Shown here: one piece after another, positions 1-9,330 of the stretch | Numbering within the stretch: position 1 is the first letter of the stretch | Layout: each line of letters begins with the position of its first letter | NCBI GenBank assembly: GCA_018699755.1 | Contig: JABIRQ010000089.1 | Coordinates: 1 to 33,537 of the forward strand | Direction of reading: 5' to 3' | DNA from: Rhodospirillaceae bacterium | GTDB taxonomy: Bacteria > Pseudomonadota > Alphaproteobacteria > CADEGL01 | Length of the DNA stretch: 33,537 nucleotides | Notes under the pieces: model-generated | The model's database searches: none | What the model saw: only the letters and a program-made list of their open reading frames with translations | Told to the model about the DNA's origin: nothing | Program-made: the position numbers and the translations under genes

Positions 1-30
1 CCCGATTCTTTTTCCGCCCGATATCGCCGC

Positions 31-459
31 TTATTCGCGCACGACCAAGACCGACCGGCTGCAATGACGGATAACCCGTGAGGCGTTCGGACCGAGCAGA
101 TAGTCGCTCAACTCCGGGCGGTGGGCCGCCATGACGATCAGGTCCGCATCGACGCGGTCGGCCGCCTGGATGATCTCCTCGTAGATCGTCCCGTGCGCGA
201 CGTCCGTCTCGGTCGGGACGGCAGCGGGGACATGAGTTGTCGCGAAGGCGGTCAGTTCCTTCGTCGCCTCGGCGACGATCTTGTCCTCGTAGCCGTGGGG
301 AAAATACTGGGACACCATCAAGTCGCTGACGTCCGGCACGACGTTGAGGATATGGAGCCGGGCGCCGAACGCCTCGCATTGGGCGATCGCCACCGGCAGC
401 GCCTTGCGCCAGGAGCTCTCAGCGGTCAGGTCGACGGCGAGCAAGATGGTCTTGTACAT
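31..459 (-). CDS. Universal stress protein (UspA family), 142 aa
   Basis: ORF 31..636(-). The internal ATG at 459 gives MYKTILLAVDL..., the usual Usp N-terminal strand. The C-terminal GPNASRVIRHCSRSVLVV resembles the Usp nucleotide-binding end. The 59 upstream codons are Arg/Pro-rich and overlap the permease 3' end, so they were not called. Confidence 0.85.
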   Translation of the reverse strand: MYKTILLAVDLTAESSWRKALPVAIAQCEAFGARLHILNVVPDVSDLMVSQYFPHGYEDKIVAEATKELTAFATTHVPAAVPTETDVAHGTIYEEIIQAADRVDADLIVMAAHRPELSDYLLGPNASRVIRHCSRSVLVVRE

Positions 460-482
460 GGCGCGTTCCCTTCCCTCTCCGC

Positions 483-2867
483 TCAAGCCGGGGCGGCCGT
501 GCCGTCTATACGCCGGCGGCGGGTTCTCTGCGAAAGCCAGACCAGGCCGAGGAGCAGGACGCCGACCGGGTAGATCAACTGCTTGTCCGGCAGATCGAGC
601 TGTTCGACATCGACCCCGGTCACGTAGTCGCCCCAATCGAGACCCGCTTTCTCTGCTGTACCGTTAAAGGCGAGATCGACCACGGCGTAGCGGCCGTCCT
701 CTTCCGGTTCGATGGTGACGCCGAAGGTTTCGGTCACGGTCGCGGCCTGGTCCTCGGGAGTCTCGAACACGAAGAGCTTGAACCGCTCCCCGTAATTCGT
801 CTCGCGCACCACGTGCAGGCGTACGTAGCGCCCGGACTCCGGCGTGAATTCGCCGGACGCGAAGGCCTCGAAATTCACCGGCTCGAAGGGCGGCGCCAAC
901 TCGTCCATGAAAAAGCCCGGGCGGAACAGCATGAAGCAGGCGACCGCGAGCAGGATGCTCTCGTACCACTTCACTTTGACGATCAACCAGCCTTGAGTGA
1001 GCGAACTGAAGGCCAGGATCGCGAGGAGCGACATGAACACCACCAACACACCATGCCAGATACTCTCGATCCCGATCAGCAGCAGTTCGGTGTTGAACAG
1101 GAAGACCAGGGGCAGGACCGCAGTGCGGATGTCGTAGAGGAAGGACTGCACCCCCGTCTTCAGGGGATCGGCCCGCGATATGGCCGCAGCGGCAAAGGCC
1201 GCCAGACAGACGGGTGGCGTCGAATCCGCCAGCAAGCCGTAGTAGAAGACATAGAGATGGACGGCGATCAGCGGCAGGACGAGACCGGCGGCGTTGCCCA
1301 ACTCGACCAGCACGCCGGCCAGGAGGGAGGCCACCACGAGATAGTTCGCGGTGGTCGGCAGGCCCATGCCGAGGAAGATGCAAAGCACCGCGGTCAGTCC
1401 AAGGAGGATATAGACATTGCCCCCGGCCAACGCCTCGACCACGCCGACCATGGCGTTGTTGAGGCCGGTCGAGGACACGGCGCCGACGATGATCCCCGCC
1501 GCCGCGACGGCGACGGCGATCCCGACCATGTTGCGCGCGCCCGCGACCATGCCGAGATAGATCTCGGTGAAACCGTCGCGCAGCGCCTCGGCCATGGGCT
1601 GAGACTCGAAGCGAATGGAATGCACGATCCGGCGCGCGAGGATGATCCCCATCAAGGAAAGGATGGAATAGAAGACCGCGCTATGCGCGCTCCACCGTTC
1701 GACCATCAGCAGATAGACCAGGATGATAATTGGGATGAGGTGATGCAGGCCGCTGCGGAATGTCTTGCCCAGGGGCGGGATTTCGACCGAGGGCAGCCCT
1801 TTGAGGCCCAGTTTCTGCGCCTCCAGATGGGAGATGTAGAGCAGCGCGATATAGCTGAGCGACGCCGGAATCGCCGCCGCCACAACCACATCGAAATAGG
1901 AGATGCCGATGAACTCGGCGATGATGAAGGCGGCCGCGCCCATGATTGGCGGCATGATCTGACCGTTGGTCGAAGCCGCGACCTCGATCGCCCCGGCCTT
2001 GACCGCGGGCATGCCGATACGCCGCATGACGGGAATGGTGAAGGTACCGGTCGTGACCACGTTGGCGATGGACGAGCCCGAGATCATGCCCGTCATGCCC
2101 GAAGCGAGAATGGCGGCCTTGGCGGGCCCGCCGCTGAACCGGCCGACCATGGCGAAGGACAGGGCCAGGAAATACTGGCCCGCCCCGGCTTTGTCCAAAA
2201 GCGCACCGAACAGCACGAACAGAAACACGAAGCTGACCGAGACGCTGATCGGGATGCCGAAGACCGCCTCGCCCGTCAACCACTGGTAGCCGATCAGGCG
2301 GTTCAGGCTGAGCCCTTTGTGGGAAATGATATCCGGCATCGACTGGCCGAAGATCGAATAGATCAGGAAAACGCCGCAGACGATCACCAGGGGAATGCCG
2401 ATCGAACGGCGCGTCGCGTCGAGCAGAAGAAGAATGCCGATCCCACCCAGGATCGCCTCGATCGGGATGCCATTCCAGACGAGCAATATGCCCTGGCGGG
2501 AGACCAGGCCGTCCCAGCCGATGAAAAGATAGAAGGCCGAAAACCACGCGAGCAGGGCGAGAAGCAGATCGTAGACCGGCAAGCCGCGTTCGCCGTGGCG
2601 GCGCGAAAACGGATAAATCAGAAAGCAGAGCAGCAAGGCGAAGGAGAGGTGGATACCACGCGCGGGCACATCCGTGATGATGGCGAAATCGAACATGAAG
2701 GGGAACGGCGAGGCGATCCACATCTGGAAGATCGACCAGACGAAACACAGCACGCTGATGATCATGGCGAGCCGCGGGCCTTGATGGCGGCCTTGGTATT
2801 CGACCTCTTCCAGGGTCTTGTCGACATTCCTGGGCGCGGGATCCGGACCGATCTCCGTGTCAGTCAT
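483..2867 (-). CDS. TRAP transporter fused (small+large) permease, TAXI-type, with C-terminal DUF3394-like extension, 794 aa
   Basis: Long, highly hydrophobic multi-TM ORF directly downstream of a TAXI solute receptor gene. The soluble C-terminal tail (FEPVNFEAF...VVDLAFNGTAEKAGLDWGDYV) is typical of fused TAXI-TRAP permeases. Confidence 0.9.
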   Translation of the reverse strand: MTDTEIGPDPAPRNVDKTLEEVEYQGRHQGPRLAMIISVLCFVWSIFQMWIASPFPFMFDFAIITDVPARGIHLSFALLLCFLIYPFSRRHGERGLPVYDLLLALLAWFSAFYLFIGWDGLVSRQGILLVWNGIPIEAILGGIGILLLLDATRRSIGIPLVIVCGVFLIYSIFGQSMPDIISHKGLSLNRLIGYQWLTGEAVFGIPISVSVSFVFLFVLFGALLDKAGAGQYFLALSFAMVGRFSGGPAKAAILASGMTGMISGSSIANVVTTGTFTIPVMRRIGMPAVKAGAIEVAASTNGQIMPPIMGAAAFIIAEFIGISYFDVVVAAAIPASLSYIALLYISHLEAQKLGLKGLPSVEIPPLGKTFRSGLHHLIPIIILVYLLMVERWSAHSAVFYSILSLMGIILARRIVHSIRFESQPMAEALRDGFTEIYLGMVAGARNMVGIAVAVAAAGIIVGAVSSTGLNNAMVGVVEALAGGNVYILLGLTAVLCIFLGMGLPTTANYLVVASLLAGVLVELGNAAGLVLPLIAVHLYVFYYGLLADSTPPVCLAAFAAAAISRADPLKTGVQSFLYDIRTAVLPLVFLFNTELLLIGIESIWHGVLVVFMSLLAILAFSSLTQGWLIVKVKWYESILLAVACFMLFRPGFFMDELAPPFEPVNFEAFASGEFTPESGRYVRLHVVRETNYGERFKLFVFETPEDQAATVTETFGVTIEPEEDGRYAVVDLAFNGTAEKAGLDWGDYVTGVDVEQLDLPDKQLIYPVGVLLLGLVWLSQRTRRRRIDGTAAPA

Positions 2868-2922
2868 GCCACCCCCCTCGCAGGCCCATCAATCCAGAGC
2901 GCTAAAAAATTCGTGAAATCCC

Positions 2923-2966
2923 GAACAAAAGAAAACGGCCGGCACCCGCGACGCGGAAGCCGGCCG
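2923..2966 (-). terminator. Intercistronic rho-independent terminator/attenuator between the TAXI receptor and permease genes
   Basis: Perfect 9-bp stem ACGGCCGGC (2934-2942) / GCCGGCCGT (2958-2966) with a 15-nt loop. On the minus strand it is followed by TTTCTTTTGTT (complement of 2923-2933), 16 nt after the receptor stop codon. Confidence 0.6.
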
Positions 2967-2981
2967 TGATCCTTGCAGAGG

Positions 2982-3983
2982 CTACATTAAGCCCTGTTCC
3001 TTGTAGTACTTGGCGGCGCCCGGATGGAGCGGGGCCGAGTTGCCGTCCGTGATCATCTTCTTGGGATCAAGGTTGGCAAAGGCCGGGTGGAGCGATCTGA
3101 AGTCCTCCAGGTTCTCCATCACGGCGCGCGTGACCTCGTAGACCACGTCCTCGGGCACGTTCTCATGCGTGACGAAGGTGGCCATGACGCCGAAGGTCGT
3201 CACATCCTCGGTGGTGGTCTTGTAGGTGCCCGCCGGGATCGTCGTGAAGGCATAGTAGGGATTGTCCGCCACCAGCTTCTTCTCGACCTCGCCGTCGAGG
3301 TTGGAGATATAGGCGCCGCAGCCGTCCGTCGCCACCGCGACACCGGCATTGGGCACGCCGACCGTATAGCCGTAGGCATCGATCTTGCCGTCGCACAGGG
3401 CCTGGGACTGCTCGGTCGAAGTCAGCTCGGTCGCGACCGCGAAATCGTCCGTGGTCATGTCGTAGCCGGCCATCAGGACTTCGGTCGTGCCGCGCTGGCC
3501 GGAGCCCGCGTTGCCGATGTTCATCCGCTTGCCCTCGAGATCGGTGAAGGATTCGATATCGGTGCCTTCGCCCGCGATCAACTGGAACGGCTCGGGATGC
3601 ACGGAGAAGACCGCGCGCAGGCCGGGGCAGTTCGTCACCTTTTCGGAATCGCCCTTGACCGCGTGGTACTGCCAATCGGACTGAGCGACGCCGAACTCGA
3701 GCTCGCCCTCGCAGATCTGGCCGATGTTGTAGGTCGAGCCGCCGGTCGACGGGGCCGAGCAGCGGATGCCGTGCTTGCGGCCTTCCTTGCGGCCCTCGGC
3801 GGCCTCCTTATGGACCATCCGGCAGACCGAGTTGCCGACGACGAAATACACGCCCGTCGGGCCGCCCGTGCCGATGGAGATGAACCTCTTGTCCTGGGCG
3901 CCGGCATCGCCGATCGCGCCGAAGGACACGCCCAGAAGGGCGGCCGCCGCGAGTGCGAGAGTGGTGAGGCTGAATGTTTTCAT
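2982..3983 (-). CDS. TAXI-family TRAP transporter solute-binding protein, 333 aa
   Basis: Signal peptide MKTFSLTTLALAAAALLGVSFGAIGDAGA. Motifs ISIGTGGPTGVYF, AQSDW and LHPGAAKYYKE are characteristic of TAXI (immunogenic-protein-like) receptors. AGGAGG lies upstream of the ATG. Confidence 0.9.
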   Translation of the reverse strand: MKTFSLTTLALAAAALLGVSFGAIGDAGAQDKRFISIGTGGPTGVYFVVGNSVCRMVHKEAAEGRKEGRKHGIRCSAPSTGGSTYNIGQICEGELEFGVAQSDWQYHAVKGDSEKVTNCPGLRAVFSVHPEPFQLIAGEGTDIESFTDLEGKRMNIGNAGSGQRGTTEVLMAGYDMTTDDFAVATELTSTEQSQALCDGKIDAYGYTVGVPNAGVAVATDGCGAYISNLDGEVEKKLVADNPYYAFTTIPAGTYKTTTEDVTTFGVMATFVTHENVPEDVVYEVTRAVMENLEDFRSLHPAFANLDPKKMITDGNSAPLHPGAAKYYKEQGLM

Positions 3984-4019
3984 GACGCGTTGTCCTCCTC
4001 GTTCTTTTCCTGAGGTAGA

Positions 4020-4043
4020 CCGGACACCTCATAGGTGTGCCGG
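4020..4043. promoter_or_regulatory. Inverted repeat in the 5' leader of the TAXI-TRAP operon (candidate operator or leader hairpin)
   Basis: ACACCT-CAT-AGGTGT (4024-4038), flanked by CCGG / GCCGG, about 40 nt upstream of the receptor start codon. Confidence 0.3.
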
Positions 4044-4063
4044 CAGCTCGTCGAGAGCGATCC

Positions 4064-4095
4064 GAAGAAAAACCCCGGCGCCACCGCAAGGCGGC
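4064..4095 (-). terminator. Possible terminator downstream of the aminotransferase gene
   Basis: The minus strand reads GCCGCC-TTGC-GGTGGC (one G:U pair), then GCCGGGG, then TTTTTCTTC. The 7-nt gap between stem and T-tract makes it non-canonical. Confidence 0.3.
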
Positions 4096-4248
4096 ATCCT
4101 CCCGTCTCGAATTTCCGACCAACCGGGATCCGGCACCAAGCAAGTCACTTCCGATGCACCGACCCGAAATCGCAACCCGATGTATTGCCATTCACTATGC
4201 CGCCGCATCCCCAACTCGTCAACGCGACCAACCTCCGGCCGCCTCTTG

Positions 4249-5586
4249 CTACGACACGGCGGACAGCCCGTCCTCAACCGAATCGCCCAACAGATCGATG
4301 ATCGTATCGATCGTGGCCTCGTCGATGTTGTAAGGCGGCGCGAGAATGACGTGATCGCCGTTCCGGCCGTCGATCGTGCCCCCCATGGGGTAGCACATCA
4401 GGCCGCGCTCGAAGGCCGCGGACTTGATCTTGGCGTGCAGCTTCAGGCCCGGATCGAAGACCGCTTTTGTGGCCCGGTCCTCGACCAGTTCGATAGCCCA
4501 GAACAGGCCGCGGCCTCGGATATCCCCGACATGATGGTGGTTGCCGAAACGCTCGTTCAGACCGCTTTCGAGATGTGCGCCGAGATCACGCACCCGTTGG
4601 AGCAGCCCTTCCTCCTTGATCACGCGCTGCACGGCGAGCGCACCCGCGCAGGCCGTGGCGTGGCCCATATAGGTATGGCCGTGCTGGAAATAGCCGCTGC
4701 CGTCGCGGAAGGCAGCGAACACCTTGTCCGCAACCAGCACCGCACCGATCGGCTGGTAGCCCGCGCCCAGGCCCTTGGCCATGATCAGCAGATCCGGCGT
4801 CACCCCCTCCTGCTCGCAGGCATAGAGCGTTCCGGTCCGGCCCATGCCGCACATCACTTCGTCGAAAATCAGCAGCACGCCGTGACGGTCGCAGATCTCG
4901 CGTATCCGCTTGAAATAGCCGGGCACCGCGGGGAGCGCGCCGGCGGTCGCGCCGACCACCGGCTCGGCCATGAACGCGGCGACCGTGTCGGGCCCGAGTT
5001 CGAGAATCTTCGCTTCCAGCTCATCCGCGACGCGCAGGCCGTAGGCCTCCTCGCTCTCGCCGTCGCACTGGTCACGATAGGCGTAGCAGGGGGCGATATG
5101 GTGCATGACCGGCACCAGGATCGGATCGTAGGGCTCGCGGCGCCAGAAATTGCCGCCGGCCGAAAGGCCGCCCAGGGTGTTGCCGTGATAGCTCTGGCGC
5201 CGGGCAATGAAATGCTTGCGTTGGGGCTGGCCGATTTCGAGGAAATACTGGCGCGCCATCTTGATCGCAGCCTCGACTCCCTCGGAACCGCCAGAGACAT
5301 ACCAGACCCAGTCGAGACCGGCAGGCGCGTCGGCGATCAGGGTATCGGCCAAAGCCTCCATCGGCTCGTTCGTGAACGCGCCGGTATGGGCATAGGGCAT
5401 GCGCCCGACCTGATCGCAGATCGCCGCGACGACGGCCGGATGGGAATGGCCCAGACAGGACACGGCCGCGCCGCCCGAAGCGTCGAGATAGCGTTTGCCC
5501 GTCTGGTCGATCAGGTAGGGGCCCTCGCCGCGCATGGCGACGGGCGGGGGCGCGGAACCAATGACGCGCGGGAACACATGGCTCAT
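4249..5586 (-). CDS. Class-III PLP-dependent aminotransferase (omega-amino acid/diamine transaminase-like), 445 aa
   Basis: Start chosen at MSHVFPRV (ATG 5586). Class-III motifs are present: LDASGGAAVSCLGHSHP, VSGGSEGVEAAIKMAR, LIFDEVMCGMGRTG and the PLP-lysine context DLLIMAKGLGAGY. Confidence 0.9.
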   Translation of the reverse strand: MSHVFPRVIGSAPPPVAMRGEGPYLIDQTGKRYLDASGGAAVSCLGHSHPAVVAAICDQVGRMPYAHTGAFTNEPMEALADTLIADAPAGLDWVWYVSGGSEGVEAAIKMARQYFLEIGQPQRKHFIARRQSYHGNTLGGLSAGGNFWRREPYDPILVPVMHHIAPCYAYRDQCDGESEEAYGLRVADELEAKILELGPDTVAAFMAEPVVGATAGALPAVPGYFKRIREICDRHGVLLIFDEVMCGMGRTGTLYACEQEGVTPDLLIMAKGLGAGYQPIGAVLVADKVFAAFRDGSGYFQHGHTYMGHATACAGALAVQRVIKEEGLLQRVRDLGAHLESGLNERFGNHHHVGDIRGRGLFWAIELVEDRATKAVFDPGLKLHAKIKSAAFERGLMCYPMGGTIDGRNGDHVILAPPYNIDEATIDTIIDLLGDSVEDGLSAVS

Positions 5587-5767
5587 GGCGAGATGTCTCC
5601 GGTGAAAGCGGCGGGCGGCCGGACGGCCGTCATCCCGGAACTCTAGGCCCAGGGGCGGGGCGCGGACAACGCCAAGTTCGCACAATGACCATTGAACCGA
5701 CCGGCCCCTGCGGGCTTTATGGCGCCGCTGGCCGCATCACAGAACATACAAAACATAAGGGAAGCCC

Positions 5768-6283
5768 GTGGACCTGAAACCGCATATCCGTACCGTGCCG
5801 GATTTTCCCAAGCCGGGAATCCTGTTCTACGACATCTCGACCCTGCTGGCCCATCCGGCCGCGTGGCGGGCCTGCGTCGACCAGCTCGCCGCCGCAGTGC
5901 GCCCCCATGCACCGGACATGTTGATCGGGATCGAATCGAGAGGGTTTCTGGTGACTGCGCCCCTGGCCCTCGAACTCGGCTGCGGCTTCGCCATGGTACG
6001 CAAGGCCGGCAAGCTGCCTGGCAAAATATTGCCCCATACCTACGACCTGGAATACGGCACCGACACGATCGAGGTGCAGGACGACATCGTCCCCCCGGGC
6101 AGCCGCGTTGTCATCATGGACGACCTGCTGGCGACCGGCGGGACCCTGGCGGCGGCGATCGCATTGACGCGCGAAATCGGCGCCGAGGTCGTGGCCGCGA
6201 CCTGCATCATCGAGCTGACTTTCCTGGGAGGCCGGAAGCACATCGACGTGCCCTTCTCCTCCATCCTCGCCTACGATTCCTGA
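5768..6283 (+). CDS. apt: Adenine phosphoribosyltransferase, 171 aa (GTG start)
   Basis: [28 protein letters not shown] and the PRPP loop [13 protein letters not shown] are textbook Apt motifs. Confidence 0.93.
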   Translation: MDLKPHIRTVPDFPKPGILFYDISTLLAHPAAWRACVDQLAAAVRPHAPDMLIGIESRGFLVTAPLALELGCGFAMVRKAGKLPGKILPHTYDLEYGTDTIEVQDDIVPPGSRVVIMDDLLATGGTLAAAIALTREIGAEVVAATCIIELTFLGGRKHIDVPFSSILAYDS

Positions 6284-6383
6284 AGCCGCCGCTTAACCCA
6301 AAGTTTACGGCGCCGGGCTAGGGATAGTTCCTGGGCCTGTCGGTATTGCGAGCGGGTCCGCCGACCTCGATCGAGATCCGCGC

Positions 6384-7871
6384 ATGGTGCCGAGCCGACC
6401 CCAACCGGGATTGATCCCTCTCGCCGCGGCGACGAGCCTGCTCCCGCCGGCGATCCTTGTCGGCTGGCATCTGCTGCGTCCCGGTCATGACGCCGCCGAT
6501 CTACCGGTTCTCGCCCTGGCCCTCGCCCTCGCGGGCTTCGGCGTCGGCCTGATCTTGCATGGCCGAGCCCGCGCGGCGACGGCGCAAGTGCGAGACGAGC
6601 TGGCGTCGGCGCCGGAGAGTTGCGGCGCCGACAGCCGGCCCATCGCCAGCGGCGAAGCTTCTTCCCGCGAGTTTTCTGAAGCGCCGGACACAGGCGAAGA
6701 AGCTCTCTCCACTTCCGCCATGCGGCGCGCCGCTGAGGTTCAGGCGCTGCTCGACACCCTCATGATCGGCGTCTGTCTGATCGACCGCCGGGGCCGCATC
6801 ACGGTCTCGAATCGGTGCTTCGCCGCAATCCTGGGATGCGTCGAGGCAACCGCGGCATCCGGCGAATCCATCGGCGAACTGCTGGCGCAAAGCGTGCGGC
6901 CCGACGATCCGGAAAACGGCTATGACGATCGGCTGGAATCCCTCGGCCTGATCCAGGCCTTGCGCGGGCGCCCGTCAGGGCGCGAATGGCAACGCGGCGA
7001 CGGCACGGTGATCGAGAGCGCATGGACCCCAGTGGCCGATATGGGCGCCGCCCTCGTCGTGAGCGATCTGACCCGTCGCCGACAGACCGAAACGGCGTTG
7101 CGCGAGGCCAAGGAGATCGCCGAAGCGACGACGCGCACGAAAAGCGAATTCCTGGCGAATATGAGCCATGAGTTGCGCACGCCGCTGAACGCGATCATGG
7201 GCTTCTCGGAGATCATGAAGAACGAGCTGTTCGGGGAGATCGGAAACACGAACTATCGGGACTACGCATCCGACATCTACGACAGCGGCCGGCATCTGCT
7301 GACCCTAATCAACGATATCCTCGACATGTCGAAAGCGGAGGCCGGAAAGATCGAACTGCAGGAGGACGCAGTCTCGGTCGAGGCCATGATCGAGGCCTGC
7401 CTGCGCCTGGTGAAGGCGCGTGCCGAAGCGGGCGGCCTGACCCTGGAGATTGCACGGTCCGAGGCGCCGGTACGCCTATGGGCAGACGAGCGGCGCATGA
7501 AGCAGGTCTTGCTGAACCTGCTGTCGAACGCGGTGAAGTTCACGCCGGCGGGCGGCAAAGTCACCATCGCCGCGGGGGTCGAAAGAAGCGGCAGCTTCAT
7601 CCTGAGCGTCAGGGATACGGGCATCGGCATCGCACCCGAGGATATCCCCAAGGCGCTCGCGCCCTTTGGCCAAGTCGACAGCAAGCTCGCGCGCCGCTTC
7701 GACGGCACAGGACTCGGCCTGCCGTTGAGCCGTGTGCTCGTCGAACTGCACGGCGGCCAGCTGGATCTGCACAGCCGCGTGGCCGCCGGAACCACGGTCC
7801 GGGTGCGATTGCCGTCCGATCGGATCCTCGCCCCGGAGTCGACCGAAGCGCCGATCGCCGCTTCCGCCTGA
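6384..7871 (+). CDS. Membrane-bound PAS sensor histidine kinase, 495 aa
   Basis: Two N-terminal hydrophobic segments, then a PAS-like region. H-box SEFLANMSHELRTPLNAI (His codon 7167-7169), N-box LLNLLSNAVKFT, G-boxes RDTGIGI and GTGLGLP. Confidence 0.85.
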   Translation: MVPSRPQPGLIPLAAATSLLPPAILVGWHLLRPGHDAADLPVLALALALAGFGVGLILHGRARAATAQVRDELASAPESCGADSRPIASGEASSREFSEAPDTGEEALSTSAMRRAAEVQALLDTLMIGVCLIDRRGRITVSNRCFAAILGCVEATAASGESIGELLAQSVRPDDPENGYDDRLESLGLIQALRGRPSGREWQRGDGTVIESAWTPVADMGAALVVSDLTRRRQTETALREAKEIAEATTRTKSEFLANMSHELRTPLNAIMGFSEIMKNELFGEIGNTNYRDYASDIYDSGRHLLTLINDILDMSKAEAGKIELQEDAVSVEAMIEACLRLVKARAEAGGLTLEIARSEAPVRLWADERRMKQVLLNLLSNAVKFTPAGGKVTIAAGVERSGSFILSVRDTGIGIAPEDIPKALAPFGQVDSKLARRFDGTGLGLPLSRVLVELHGGQLDLHSRVAAGTTVRVRLPSDRILAPESTEAPIAASA

Positions 7872-7915
7872 GCCATCTTGGCCCCGCGGCCGGGCCTGAC
7901 CATACTGTCGCCGCC

Positions 7916-8647
7916 ATGATCGTCCTGTTCACGGATTTCGGTGTCTCGGGCCCCTATGTCGGCCAGATGAAGGCGGTGCTCGCGCGCGAGGCGCCGGGCG
8001 TGCCCGTCATCGACCTGTTCGCGGACGCCCCGGTCCACGACCCGCGCGCGGGAGCCTATCTGCTGGCGGCCTATTGCGAGGCGTTCGAATCCGGCGACAT
8101 CCTGCTTTGCGTGGTCGATCCCGGCGTGGGCGGACCGCGTTCCGCCTGTATCGTCGAAGCTGGCGAACGCCTGTTCGTCGGCCCGGCCAACGGCTTGTTC
8201 GAACTGGTCCGGCGCCGCGCGGCGGACACGGCGATCCACGAGATCACCTGGCGGCCCGGGACTCTCTCCGCCTCGTTTCACGGCCGGGATCTGTTCGCGC
8301 CCGTCGCGGCGCGTTTGGCGCGCGGGTCAACCGTCCCTTCGGCCCCGCGCGCAGACGATTGGGACCGTCGGCCCGATTGGCCGGACGACCTGGCCGAGGT
8401 CGCCTATATCGACCATTTCGGCAATGCCATCAGTGGCTTGAGAGCCGAGACCTTGGGTCCACAGGCCGTTTTGCGCGTCGGAGGACGGCGGATTCCGCGC
8501 GCGCGCACCTTCTCCGATCTCCCGAAGGGCGAGGTCTTCTGGTACGAAAACGCCAACGGCCTTGCCGAACTGGCGATCAACCGCGGCCGCGCCGACCGGG
8601 TTCTCGACCTGGGCCCCGGTACGCAAATCGACATCGAGGCGCCATGA
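7916..8647 (+). CDS. SAM hydrolase / SAM-dependent halogenase family protein (DUF62, SAM hydroxide adenosyltransferase-like), 243 aa
   Basis: N-terminus MIVLFTDFGVSGPYVGQMKAV, then VVDPGVGG, GPANGL, FHGRDLFAP and IDHFGNAI match the DUF62 / 5'-chloro/fluoro-deoxyadenosine synthase fold family. The ORF's upstream 146 codons overlap the kinase gene and were rejected. Confidence 0.85.
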   Translation: MIVLFTDFGVSGPYVGQMKAVLAREAPGVPVIDLFADAPVHDPRAGAYLLAAYCEAFESGDILLCVVDPGVGGPRSACIVEAGERLFVGPANGLFELVRRRAADTAIHEITWRPGTLSASFHGRDLFAPVAARLARGSTVPSAPRADDWDRRPDWPDDLAEVAYIDHFGNAISGLRAETLGPQAVLRVGGRRIPRARTFSDLPKGEVFWYENANGLAELAINRGRADRVLDLGPGTQIDIEAP

Positions 8648-9273
8648 CAGATTTCACGGAAGGGCCGAAGTTCCTGCGCGACGGACCGGCCGGGTCCGAG
8701 TGGCGAATCCTTCTGGCCCATGGCGCGGGGCAACCCTCGTCCTCTCCCTTCATGACGCGGTTCGCCGCCGGCTTGGCCGCGCGGGATTTCGCCGTCGCGC
8801 GCTTCGATTTTCCCTATATGCGGATACGCGCCGAGACCGGGCGCAAGCGGCCGCCCGACCGCCAGCCGGTGCTGATCCAAGCCTGGCGCGATGCCTTCGC
8901 GGAATTCGGCGGCAATGCAGTCATCGGCGGCAAATCCATGGGCGGCCGGATGGCCAGCATGGTGGCGGACGAACTCGGTGCGCGGGGAATGGTCTGCCTC
9001 GGCTATCCGTTTCACCCGCCGGGGCGGCCGGACAAGCCGCGCACGGAACATCTGGCCGGTCTCCAGACGCCGACCCTGATCGTGCAGGGTACGCGCGACA
9101 CATTTGGAAAGCCCGACGAAATCGAGGGCTATGCATTGTCGCCCGCCATACGACTGGCGTGGATCGAGGACGGCGATCACTCCTTCAAGCCGCGCAAGGC
9201 TTCCGGCCGGACGGAGGAGGACAACATGGCGGCGGCGATTGCCGCCGTGGCGGAATTCGTCGCGAACCTGTAG
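8644..9273 (+). CDS. Alpha/beta-fold hydrolase (KANL3/Tex30-like, dienelactone-hydrolase-like), 209 aa
   Basis: ATGA start/stop overlap with the DUF62 gene (8644-8647). Nucleophile elbow GGKSMGG, late Asp/His block EDGDHSF, overall LLAHGAG...FDFPYM pattern. Confidence 0.8.
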   Translation: MTDFTEGPKFLRDGPAGSEWRILLAHGAGQPSSSPFMTRFAAGLAARDFAVARFDFPYMRIRAETGRKRPPDRQPVLIQAWRDAFAEFGGNAVIGGKSMGGRMASMVADELGARGMVCLGYPFHPPGRPDKPRTEHLAGLQTPTLIVQGTRDTFGKPDEIEGYALSPAIRLAWIEDGDHSFKPRKASGRTEEDNMAAAIAAVAEFVANL

Positions 9274-9330
9274 AGGACACCGCAAGAAACGATCGAACGA
9301 GTCGGGAGCGGGAGAAGGAGAGAGGTGAAA

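Noticed and set aside
813-2969. 718-aa ORF on the plus strand
   Set aside because: It lies entirely antisense to the TRAP permease gene. The product is Arg/Asp/Glu/Gly-rich low complexity with no motif. This is a typical shadow ORF of GC-rich DNA.
7478-7915. Long N-terminal extension of the DUF62 ORF
   Set aside because: It overlaps the histidine kinase coding region in another frame, and the family's conserved N-terminus begins exactly at the ATG at 7916.
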